From NCBI GenBank assembly GCA_046339535.1, contig JBKDUK010000416.1, positions 26,834-90,833 on the forward strand: DNA of 64,000 nucleotides. The letters are read 5' to 3'. A model generated the notes under the pieces. It had not been told where the DNA came from and did no database searches. It worked only from the letters and a program-made list of their open reading frames with translations. Position 1 is the first letter of the stretch. Each line of letters opens with the position of its first letter. A program made the translations under genes and the position numbers. Shown piece by piece: positions 28,330-36,836 of this stretch. The DNA comes from Planctomycetaceae bacterium. Lineage in GTDB: Bacteria; Planctomycetota; Planctomycetia; Planctomycetales; Planctomycetaceae.

Positions 28330-29790
28330 ATGGCCAACTCTCAGCACAGCCCTCAATTCTCCCCCCACATCATCATCGTGGGCGGGGGTGTTTCCGGTCT
28401 GGCGGCTGCCCACCGGCTGGGTGAATTGACCCAACAGACTGGTCGTCCGTTGCGAATCACGCTGCTGGAGGCGCAGGATTCGCTGGGCGGACTGGTGGGA
28501 ACACGGGAGACAGACGGCTATCGAATCGAGACCGGTGCCGATTCTTTCATCACCAACAAACCGGGAGCAATTCGACTCTGCGAGCGGATTGGATTGGCCG
28601 GTGAACTGATTCCGACCGACGCCCGCTACCGGCGGTCCCTCGTGCTGTCACGGGGTCACGCTGTGGCTGTGCCCGAGGGGTTTCAACTATTGGCTCCGAA
28701 CGCCCTGTGGCCGGTCTGGAAATCTCCAATTTTCTCTCTCGCCGGCAAGCTGCGTCTCGCAGCCGAACCGTTCGTTCCGCGTCCGAGGCAGCCCGTGCAG
28801 GACGAAAGCCTCGCCAGTTTCGTGCGTCGCCGGCTGGGAACCGAAGCACTGGAGAGGCTGGTGCAACCGCTGGTTGGGGGGATCTATACCTCCGATCCGG
28901 AACGTCTCAGCCTGCGGGCGACCATGCCCCGCTTTCTCGACATGGAGGCGCGTTACGGCAGCCTGATCCGTGGACTCCAAGCCGAGGGACGCGAAACGCT
29001 CCCTCAGGATCGCGCGGCCAGCGGAGCCCGCTATGGTCTGTTTGCCACCCCTCGCTGGGGGATCTCCCAACTGGTGGAATCTCTCACCGCGCGGGTCCGC
29101 CAATCTGCCGAGATCAGGACCGCGAGCCCGGTTCTGAACATTCGACACCGCGTCCAACCCGAGGGATTTCAACTCGATTTACCGAAGGGTGAGTCGCTGG
29201 AATGCGACGGCCTGGTGCTCGCCGCGCCCGCCCATCGCGCCGCGCAACTGCTGACAGCCGTTCGTCCTGTGGCTGCTTCTGCCCTGGGAAAGATCGAGTA
29301 TGCCTCGACTGTCATCGTCGTCAGCGGACATCGACTGGCCGACGTGGCCCATCCCCTGGATGCGTTTGGACTGGTCATCCCGGCGGTCGAACGCCGCCGA
29401 ATTCTCGCCGTCTCATTTACCAGCCGAAAGTTCCCGAATCGAGCCCCCGAGGGCTCGGTCCAATTGAGAACTTTCGTCGGGGGAGCGATGCAGCCCCAAT
29501 TCGTGGGTCTGTCCGACGAGGCGATCGTCGACCTGGTCCGGGAAGAACTGGCCGACCTGCTGGGAGTGAAATGGCGTCCCGAGGTGGTGGTCGTGGCCCG
29601 CTGGATGAACTCGATGCCCCAATACCATGTGGGTCACCTCGACATCGTCACCCAGATCGAGCAAGACCTCGCCACACTTCCCCGCCTGGCCCTGGGAGGG
29701 AACGCTCTGTACGGGGTGGGCCTCCCCGACACCATTGCGAGCGGCGAGGCGGCTGCCGAGCGCGTCTTCCAGGCCCTGTCCAACCACTGA
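28330..29790 (+). CDS. hemY: protoporphyrinogen / coproporphyrinogen III oxidase (HemY/CgoX family FAD oxidase)
   Basis: 486 aa. FAD dinucleotide fold IIIVGGGVSGLAAA, plus TDGYRIETGADSF, LSLRATMPRF, SMPQYHVGH and GVGLPD blocks that match Bacillus HemY block-for-block (from memory). Confidence 0.85.
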   Translation: MANSQHSPQFSPHIIIVGGGVSGLAAAHRLGELTQQTGRPLRITLLEAQDSLGGLVGTRETDGYRIETGADSFITNKPGAIRLCERIGLAGELIPTDARYRRSLVLSRGHAVAVPEGFQLLAPNALWPVWKSPIFSLAGKLRLAAEPFVPRPRQPVQDESLASFVRRRLGTEALERLVQPLVGGIYTSDPERLSLRATMPRFLDMEARYGSLIRGLQAEGRETLPQDRAASGARYGLFATPRWGISQLVESLTARVRQSAEIRTASPVLNIRHRVQPEGFQLDLPKGESLECDGLVLAAPAHRAAQLLTAVRPVAASALGKIEYASTVIVVSGHRLADVAHPLDAFGLVIPAVERRRILAVSFTSRKFPNRAPEGSVQLRTFVGGAMQPQFVGLSDEAIVDLVREELADLLGVKWRPEVVVVARWMNSMPQYHVGHLDIVTQIEQDLATLPRLALGGNALYGVGLPDTIASGEAAAERVFQALSNH

Positions 29791-29821
29791 TCGCGGCATC
29801 GCCCGATGCAACGCAGGTTCG

Positions 29822-31291
29822 TCAGGCCGTCACGGGAGGACGCTCCAGAATGCCTGAGACAATCTGACCGGCCTGTCCATCAAGAATGGTGCCGAGGCCA
29901 GTGGGACGGGGAAATGCAACCTTCGCCGCGTCCAATCCGAAAAGATAGAACAACGTGGCGTGGTAGTCGTAATGATTGACGACATTCTCGACCGCCTTGT
30001 GGCCAAATTCGTCGGTGGTCCCCCAGGTGAGCCCCCGCTTGATGCCCCCTCCCGCCAGCCACATGCTGAAGCCGTAGGTATTGTGATCGCGGCCAATGTT
30101 CTTCTCGTTTTGGATCACTGGCAACCGGCCCATCTCGCCCCCCCAGTGCACGAGCGTCTGGTCGAGCAGACCTCGCTGCTTCAGATCTTTGATCAGCCCC
30201 GCGACGGGGAGATCAGTCCGAGAGCAGATGTCGGGCAGGGCCGTCACAATGCCTCCGTGGTGATCCCAGGTCTGGTTCCCGGTACAGATTTCCACAAACC
30301 GCACACCGCGCTCGACCAGTCTACGGGCCAGCAGGCAACGAATGCCAAACTCGCGGGTCTTGGGATTGTCCAAGCCATAGAGTTTTTGTGTGGCTTCGGT
30401 CTCCTGCTGGAAATCGAGCGCCTCACGAGCCGAAGTCTGCATCCGGGCGGCAAGTTCAAAACTTGCGATCCGGGCGGCCAGTTCGTGTTCCCCCGGGCGC
30501 TGTGACAACTGGTCCCGGTTGACGGAATCGAGCAGCTTGAGGAATTGCTGCTGTGTGGCGAGGTTGGAGCGGCGGGGAGGATCGAGATTGAGGATCCGTG
30601 GCTCCTGGGGACGAATGACCGTCCCCTGATACAGCGAGGGAAGCCAACCATTGTGCCAATTCTCGACACCCAGCACGGGCAACCCCCCGGGATCGGTCAA
30701 TACGAGGTAGGCGGGCAGAGTCTGGTTTTCGGCCCCAAGCGCAAATGTCAGCCAGCTCCCCAGCGCGGGCCGGCCTCCGGTCGGACGCCCACCATTCAGG
30801 GCGTAGATCGACTGTCCGTGGTTGTTGACCCCGGTATGCATGGAACGAATCAGGGTGATGTCGTCGCAGACTTCCGCCAGACCTGGCAGCAGTTCGCTCA
30901 ACTCCATGCCGCATTGCCCGTGTCGGGCGAATTTCCAGGGACCATAAAACAGCTTCGGGCTCGATTCCGCGGCGTTGTCGTACTTGATTTCGCCGCCGAA
31001 GTTTTCGCCCGAACGCTTCTGCAGCTCCGGCTTGTTGTCAAACAGATCGAGATGACTGGGCCCCCCCTGCATGAAGAACGAAATCATCGCCTGCGCCTGG
31101 GGGGGAGCGGCGGGCTGTTTCGGCTTCAGATCGAACTGGCTGGGCAGATCGACCGGTTTGGGGGGGGCGGCAGTCGCCGCGCGCGTTGCCTCCCAGGCGA
31201 GCGCCAAAGTTCCCAGTCGCAACGACTGCTCGGACAGAAAATGTCGGCGTGAGCCCCGCAATCCGTCCGTCTTCGAAGACTCATTCGACAT
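29822..31291 (-). CDS. DUF1501 domain protein (sulfatase-like, Tat signal)
   Basis: ORF 29822..31438 trimmed to MSNESSKTDGLRGSRRHFLSEQSLRLGTLALA (RRHFL twin-arginine signal). It is typical DUF1501 (MHTGVNNHGQS...). Its start overlaps the stop of the upstream DUF1549/DUF1553 gene by 11 nt. Confidence 0.85.
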   Translation of the reverse strand: MSNESSKTDGLRGSRRHFLSEQSLRLGTLALAWEATRAATAAPPKPVDLPSQFDLKPKQPAAPPQAQAMISFFMQGGPSHLDLFDNKPELQKRSGENFGGEIKYDNAAESSPKLFYGPWKFARHGQCGMELSELLPGLAEVCDDITLIRSMHTGVNNHGQSIYALNGGRPTGGRPALGSWLTFALGAENQTLPAYLVLTDPGGLPVLGVENWHNGWLPSLYQGTVIRPQEPRILNLDPPRRSNLATQQQFLKLLDSVNRDQLSQRPGEHELAARIASFELAARMQTSAREALDFQQETEATQKLYGLDNPKTREFGIRCLLARRLVERGVRFVEICTGNQTWDHHGGIVTALPDICSRTDLPVAGLIKDLKQRGLLDQTLVHWGGEMGRLPVIQNEKNIGRDHNTYGFSMWLAGGGIKRGLTWGTTDEFGHKAVENVVNHYDYHATLFYLFGLDAAKVAFPRPTGLGTILDGQAGQIVSGILERPPVTA

Positions 31292-33911
31292 ACAACACCC
31301 GGTTCGAACAGAGGATCGCCTGGCAGTAACTCGCGAGTGCCGACAATGCCGGGTCGGGGCGCTGCTCGGGCTTTTCCCCCTCCACCTGCAGCCCCGCGAA
31401 CGCAGCTGTCTGGGCATCCAGGAATTCCCACGCCTCAATCAACTGGCGTTCCGAGGGAGTCAACCCCGTCGCCAGCCGCCAGACCAGTCGTACCTGCTCG
31501 GCTCGACTGTTGCCCGCCAAGACCATGACCCTCCGGGCGAGGTCGGTCGATCGTTGCGAAACGAAGTCGCTGTTCATCATCAGCAGAGCCTGCGGGGCGA
31601 CTGTGGAGCTGTTCCGCAGGGTGCAATTCGGCCGCATGTCGGGAACATCGAAGGATTCCAGAAACGACAGGGGCATCGACCGGCGGACCTGCACATACAG
31701 GCTGCGCCGGAACTCATCCTCGCCAAGCGACACCATTTTGCCAGTCGGACGACCAGCCGAATCGCGGGTATCGACCGCCACTACGATTTGCCCGACTTCA
31801 TCGGGAGCCACGGGAACAGGGACTCCCGCCATACGGCTGGAGAGTTGCCCCGAGATGGCGAGGAGGGAATCGCGCACCACTTCCGCCTCCAGCCGACGGA
31901 TCGCCGCCCGGCCCCAGAGACGATTCTCGGGATCCACCCGCTCAAGCTCGGGAGTCCGCTGTGAACTCTGCCGATAGGTGGCCGAGTGGACCAGCAGACG
32001 GTGCAGATCTTTGAGGCTCCACCCCGACGCCACGAACCGGTCCGCCAGCCAATCCAGCAACTCGGGATGAGTGGGCCGGGCCCCCAAGGCCCCAAAGTCG
32101 CCGGGAGTTGCCACAATGCCGGCTCCAAAATGATGCAGCCAGACCCGGTTCACCAAAACCCGGGCCACCAGCGGATGCCGTCCACTCGTCAGATGCCGGG
32201 CCCAGGCCAGCCGTCGGCCGCTGGTAGGCAGTGTGGGGTCCTTGGCGGAAATCTGGGCCGGCGAACTGCTGCAGAGAATCGACAACTCGGCGGGAGCGAC
32301 CTCCTCGCGGGGCTGGTTGAAGTCTCCCCGGGCGAAAATGCGCGTCGCAGGCGCCGCCCCGGGAACCTCGGTCAGACAATGCGCGAAATCCTCGGGGGGA
32401 CGCTGGGCATTCAACTGGGCGGTCAGATCGTCGTATTTCTTGTTGTGCTCATTGATCTTCTGCGGCTCGTAGAGATACACACTGCCCCGATCGACGTTGA
32501 GGGCCGGAAAGTCCTTGAGCAACTGCTGCTGCCCGGGAGTCCGCTGATCCGAGGCGGCCCCTTTGGCGGCGCGGGCGTCGGCCCGGCGTTCCTCGGGAAC
32601 CTTGAGCAACTCCCGCTCAAACACCTCCGAGACAATTCCATCCAGAATTCTGGTCCGCTCGTCGTTGAGCACCTGTTTTTTCTGGTCGATCTCGGCCGCC
32701 TTGGCGAAGTGCTCGTCGTGCCACAACGAGACTAGCCGGGCTGTGGGATTGCGCCAGTTCGACACATCGAAGGCTGGTTCAAAAATGGCCCGCATCCGGT
32801 AATAGTCGGCCTGCGGGATCGGATCGTAGCGATGGTCGTGGCACTGCGAGCAGCCCACGGTCAGTCCCAGCACAGAGGTGCTCACGATCTTGATCGTTTC
32901 GGCGATCACCTCCTGCCGCGCCGTCTGGACCTCTCCCTCGCCATCCCCGGTTCCATCCGGTCCCATCCGCAGAAAGCCAGTCGCGATGAGGCGTGCGGCC
33001 TGTTCGGACGTCAGATTCCTGTAGGGAGGAGCGAGCAACTCGTCACCCGCAATCTGCTCGACCAGAAATTCATTCCAGGGCAAATCGTGGTTGAGACTGG
33101 CCACGACGTAGTCGCGGTATTTCCAGGCATATTTTCGCTCCAGATCGCGGGTGCTGTAGCCATCACTGTCGGCATAGCCAGCGGCGTCGAGCCAGTGGCG
33201 CCCCCAGCGTTCTCCATAGCGGGGCGAAGCCAGCAACCGCTCGACGAGTCGGGAATAGGCTTCGGGACTCGCATCCGAGACAAATTCGTCAATCTGCTCC
33301 GGAGTGGGAGGCAGTCCCCAGAGGTCGAGGGTCAAACGACGGATCAGAGTCACCCGATCGGCCGGAGGCGACAGCGGCAACCCCTGCTGTTCCAACCCCG
33401 CGGCAATGAACAGATCGACCTCGTTTTCCAGGCCGCTCTGCCGTACCGTGGGCAGGGTCGGCCGCACCACCGGCCGAAATGACCAGAACCCCAGTTCTTC
33501 CTCGGTGAACGAAGAACTCGTCTCAGGATTCTCGGGTTCGGTCCGTGAGGTCGGTGCGCCCTTTTCCAACCAGCTCTTGAGCACCCCCATTTCGGCCGCG
33601 GACAGCTTTTTGTTGCCCGGAGGCATTTCCCCGGAGACAACGCGCTGCCAGAGCGGGCTCTCGAGCGGTTGGTCGCGAAGCAACGCCGGACCGGAATCGC
33701 CTCCTTGAATCATGCGGCGAACCTGCCGCAGATCGAGCCCCCCTTTGGTCTCACCCGCCTCACCATGGCAATGCCAGCAGTGGGCCTTGAGCAGGGGACG
33801 AATGTGCGACTCGAATACGGGCCCGGCCTGCGGATCTCCCCAGGCGGGGGACCCAGAGCCGAGAGCCAGCAGGATCATGCCCAACCACAGGGGGCATTGA
33901 CGGCGAATCAT
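31281..33911 (-). CDS. planctomycete cytochrome C (PSCyt1) - DUF1549 - DUF1553 domain protein
   Basis: 876 aa with a signal peptide. N-terminal haem-binding CWHCHG with FESHIRPLLKAHC. DUF1549 region (RRLTLDLWGLPPTPEQIDEF). Internal CSQCHDHRYDPI of the DUF1553/PSD region. Confidence 0.85.
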   Translation of the reverse strand: MIRRQCPLWLGMILLALGSGSPAWGDPQAGPVFESHIRPLLKAHCWHCHGEAGETKGGLDLRQVRRMIQGGDSGPALLRDQPLESPLWQRVVSGEMPPGNKKLSAAEMGVLKSWLEKGAPTSRTEPENPETSSSFTEEELGFWSFRPVVRPTLPTVRQSGLENEVDLFIAAGLEQQGLPLSPPADRVTLIRRLTLDLWGLPPTPEQIDEFVSDASPEAYSRLVERLLASPRYGERWGRHWLDAAGYADSDGYSTRDLERKYAWKYRDYVVASLNHDLPWNEFLVEQIAGDELLAPPYRNLTSEQAARLIATGFLRMGPDGTGDGEGEVQTARQEVIAETIKIVSTSVLGLTVGCSQCHDHRYDPIPQADYYRMRAIFEPAFDVSNWRNPTARLVSLWHDEHFAKAAEIDQKKQVLNDERTRILDGIVSEVFERELLKVPEERRADARAAKGAASDQRTPGQQQLLKDFPALNVDRGSVYLYEPQKINEHNKKYDDLTAQLNAQRPPEDFAHCLTEVPGAAPATRIFARGDFNQPREEVAPAELSILCSSSPAQISAKDPTLPTSGRRLAWARHLTSGRHPLVARVLVNRVWLHHFGAGIVATPGDFGALGARPTHPELLDWLADRFVASGWSLKDLHRLLVHSATYRQSSQRTPELERVDPENRLWGRAAIRRLEAEVVRDSLLAISGQLSSRMAGVPVPVAPDEVGQIVVAVDTRDSAGRPTGKMVSLGEDEFRRSLYVQVRRSMPLSFLESFDVPDMRPNCTLRNSSTVAPQALLMMNSDFVSQRSTDLARRVMVLAGNSRAEQVRLVWRLATGLTPSERQLIEAWEFLDAQTAAFAGLQVEGEKPEQRPDPALSALASYCQAILCSNRVLYVE

Positions 33912-34209
33912 GGGGGGACTCGCAGAGTGTTTTCAGCGGCCCGATCTGGCCGGGAGCCGGCCGACCCGCCGCGGCGGAAGGGACATCGGTCACAGTGACC
34001 GGGAGGGACGCACGCAGTGCTGACAGTTTGGTCAGTCGTCGCGCGCTCTGCAAGGTGTCTTGCCCTGCGGTTCGGCTTCCTCCCCCGGTAGGGGATCCGA
34101 ATCCAGGCTCCCCCTTGCCATCGAGGATCATCGGCAAGAAGATGACCCTCTCCTCTGGACGGCCCAGGCCGAATTTCCTCCCTCCTCATCCCCTGCTCCG
34201 CTTCGCTCC

Positions 34210-35505
34210 ATGTCAACCCACGAAAAATCCAAGGAACTCTACGAGCGTGCCTGTCGGGTCCTGTCGGGAGGTGTGGCCAGCGAATTCCGGAAGTTCTCGA
34301 CTCCCCACCCCCTGTTCTATTCCCGGGGTGAGGGGAGCCGGCTGTGGGATGTGGACGGCAACGAGTATCTCGATTTCACCCTCAGCCAGGGGCCGCTGGT
34401 CCTGGGACATTCCCAGCCGGAGGTGCTCTCCGCCGTCGCTGAAGCCAGCCAGCAGGGCCAACTCTTCGCCGGGCAGCACCTGCAGGAACTGGAATTGGCC
34501 GAGATGCTGCAGCGGTTGATCCCCTGCGCGGAACGCCTGCGGTTCAGTCTGTCGGGGTCCGAGGCGGACCATGCCGCCCTGCGATTGGCCCGGGCGGTGA
34601 CCGGGCGGCCCAAATTCCTGCGATTCGAAGGGCACTACCACGGTTGGTTCGACAGTGTCGCGTGGAGCGTGGGTGGTGCTCTCGCGGACCTCGGTCCCCG
34701 GGACGAGCCCACTCCGGTCCCCTGGTCGCAAGGATTGCCGGCGGACAGCCGAGACGAGTTTCTGGTGCTCCCCTGGAACGATCTGGAACTGGTGGAGCGG
34801 GAGTTCGCCGAGCACGCCGGAGAACTGGCCGCAGTCATCACCGAACCGGTGATGTGCAACAACGGCTGCGTCCCCCCCCAACCCGGTTTTCTGCGCGGAC
34901 TGCGAGAGTTGTGCGACCGGCATGGCGTGTTGCTGATTTTCGACGAGGTCATCACGGGCTTCCGAACCGCACTGGGCGGTGCACAACAGTATTTCGCCAT
35001 CACTCCCGATCTGGCGGTCTTCGGCAAAGCCATGGCCAGTGGGTATCCAATCAGTGTGCTGGCCGGGCAAGAGCGCTTCATGCGGCTCATTGCCGATGGC
35101 AAGGTAATTCACGCCGGCACGATGAACTCGGGGAATCCCAGCGTGGCTGCCGCGCTGAAGACATTGCAGATCCTCGAGCGTGACCGGGTTCCGGAAGAAT
35201 TGCGGCGAAAGGGGGAGTTCCTGATGGCTGGACTGACGGAGGCCTCGAGGCGGGCGAATCAACCCCTGCTCATCCAGGGACTGGGCCCGATGTTCCATGC
35301 CGGTTTCAGTCCCCTGCCGGCAGTCCGCGATTACCGGGAGACCCTCACCTACGACAAGGGGGCCTATGCGCGGTTTGTCGCGGGAATGCATGCCCGGGGA
35401 ATCCGTCTGATTGGCCGCGGACTGTGGTATGTCTCGGCGGCCCACTCTCAGGCCGATCTGGAACGGGCGATTTCCACAGCCCATGATGTACTGCGGGCGA
35501 TGTGA
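34210..35505 (+). CDS. class-III (aspartate aminotransferase family) PLP-dependent aminotransferase, glutamate-1-semialdehyde aminomutase-like
   Basis: ORF 34060..35505 trimmed to MSTHEKSKELYERA... The blocks are collinear with HemL-type enzymes (GG..S..R, DVDGNEYLDF, EPV..N.G, LIFDEV.TGFR, GKAMASG with PLP-Lys). The 509-aa minus ORF 34213..35742 is its antisense shadow. Confidence 0.8.
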   Translation: MSTHEKSKELYERACRVLSGGVASEFRKFSTPHPLFYSRGEGSRLWDVDGNEYLDFTLSQGPLVLGHSQPEVLSAVAEASQQGQLFAGQHLQELELAEMLQRLIPCAERLRFSLSGSEADHAALRLARAVTGRPKFLRFEGHYHGWFDSVAWSVGGALADLGPRDEPTPVPWSQGLPADSRDEFLVLPWNDLELVEREFAEHAGELAAVITEPVMCNNGCVPPQPGFLRGLRELCDRHGVLLIFDEVITGFRTALGGAQQYFAITPDLAVFGKAMASGYPISVLAGQERFMRLIADGKVIHAGTMNSGNPSVAAALKTLQILERDRVPEELRRKGEFLMAGLTEASRRANQPLLIQGLGPMFHAGFSPLPAVRDYRETLTYDKGAYARFVAGMHARGIRLIGRGLWYVSAAHSQADLERAISTAHDVLRAM

Positions 35506-35764
35506 GCTTCGAACCGCACCGCATAACCGACAGACACGCGGATCAACCGGCGAACCTGGGAACAGGTCTGCACCGGTCGCGGCGAAATGGCCCGATTCGT
35601 GTGGAACCTCCATCACGGGTCCGGGAACAGTTCCTGATGCCATTCCAGTTTTGGGGGAATGGACGTTCATCAGGGAAGTCCCTCGCGCCGGGAACGCCGT
35701 AGGCCGATCTCGCGAAAATTGCCCGGATTTTTCTGGACACATTCAACCGGGAAGTTATCTTGAA

Positions 35765-36172
35765 ATGCGCGTTCGAGAGTCATCCAGGGAAGATCGACCC
35801 AGTCGAGGACACGACATGCAAAAACCAAACCGTACCGGAACAGAACCGGTTCCCGGTCTGCAATCGACCCCTTTGTGCGAGATCGATGCTCTCTCGCTGA
35901 CCATAGCAGCGGGCGATTGCGACTGCGTTACGGGCACAGATCCCGACCACCAATTGGAACGCGCGATTCAGAGGGTTCTGCAAGAACTTCCCGGAGTGAC
36001 ATTCGACTCGCTGGTGATCCGCCGGGTTCCGTCCGGGGTGTGTCTGCAGGGGTATGCAACCATTGAAGATCACGATCTCGATCTGGGTCAAATCACTCGT
36101 GGAGTCGACGGTGTTGGCGACGTTCTCGACCGCATCGTCGCGATTCGCCGCCGCACTCTTCCTCCGCGGTAA
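35765..36172 (+). CDS. hypothetical protein, possible BON-like domain
   Basis: Tail of ORF 35411..36172 after the upstream gene ends. The hydrophobic-alternating segment VTFDSLVIRRVPSGVCLQGYATIEDHDLDLGQITRGVDGVGDVLDRIVAI resembles BON domains. The start is ambiguous (ATG at 35765 or 35816). Confidence 0.35.
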   Translation: MRVRESSREDRPSRGHDMQKPNRTGTEPVPGLQSTPLCEIDALSLTIAAGDCDCVTGTDPDHQLERAIQRVLQELPGVTFDSLVIRRVPSGVCLQGYATIEDHDLDLGQITRGVDGVGDVLDRIVAIRRRTLPPR

Positions 36173-36836
36173 AGTCTCCGGGAAACTCTGGGGTTCGACC
36201 CGGGTGGTAGCGTTTCGCAGCCGTTCCCGTCCCAGCAATTCGGGGTGTTCGGGAGCACAATGAATCCGGCGACCTGCCCCTCTGCCCCAGAGTCCAGGCC
36301 CGGAATGCATGCCCAACCACCACAGACAAATGGAGTTACGACAAATCAAAACAAATTGATCCACAAAATCGCGGGCTGTCTTGGTAAAATCTGGAGAGCA
36401 GCCGAGTCCCGGAGCTGAATCCGGGAGCGGGGGACCCAACGAATTCTCCCTTGGGGAGAGTTCTGGGGCGAAGATTGGCCACCAGGCGGGGGGAGAAATC
36501 CGCGCCAGAGGCCAGTCCGGGTGTCATTCAAGCCCGAGCCCGTCAGCTAACCTCGCAGGCTCGAACCACCATGGTGGTGGTTCAGATTGAATGGGCATTT
36601 CGTCTGCAATTCTCCACGACGCAGTGCCCTGTTGGTCAGTTTTGGCTTCACAGCGGTTCTGCACTGCGTCGCGCCGGCTTCCCCGGCGCCGATCTGGTTT
36701 CGCACAGTTAGACCCCTGCGGGTGGTCTCTGGCGGCATTCCTCTGCTCCCTGGCACTGCGAGCTCCCTCCGGGCGTCTCGCTGCGCCCTGAGCCGGGGTT
36801 CGCCCAACTGCGGTACCGCAGTGTCGCCGGAAAGGC

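Noticed and set aside
28330-29790. Alternative reading of the FAD oxidase as a carotenoid desaturase (CrtD-like) partnered with the adjacent O-methyltransferase (CrtF-like)
   Set aside because: The protein carries the HemY/CgoX-specific blocks (DGYRIETGADSF, SMPQYHVGH, GVGLPD) in the HemY order. The adjacency to the O-MT is more likely coincidental.
34213-35742. 509-aa minus-strand ORF
   Set aside because: It is entirely antisense to the class-III aminotransferase, which has clear family motifs. High-GC genomes routinely give long antisense ORFs.
36540-36600. tRNA-like T-loop (GGTTCGAGCC on the minus strand)
   Set aside because: The flanking bases cannot form a T-stem or an acceptor stem. 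No other tRNA/rRNA-like segments were found in the window.
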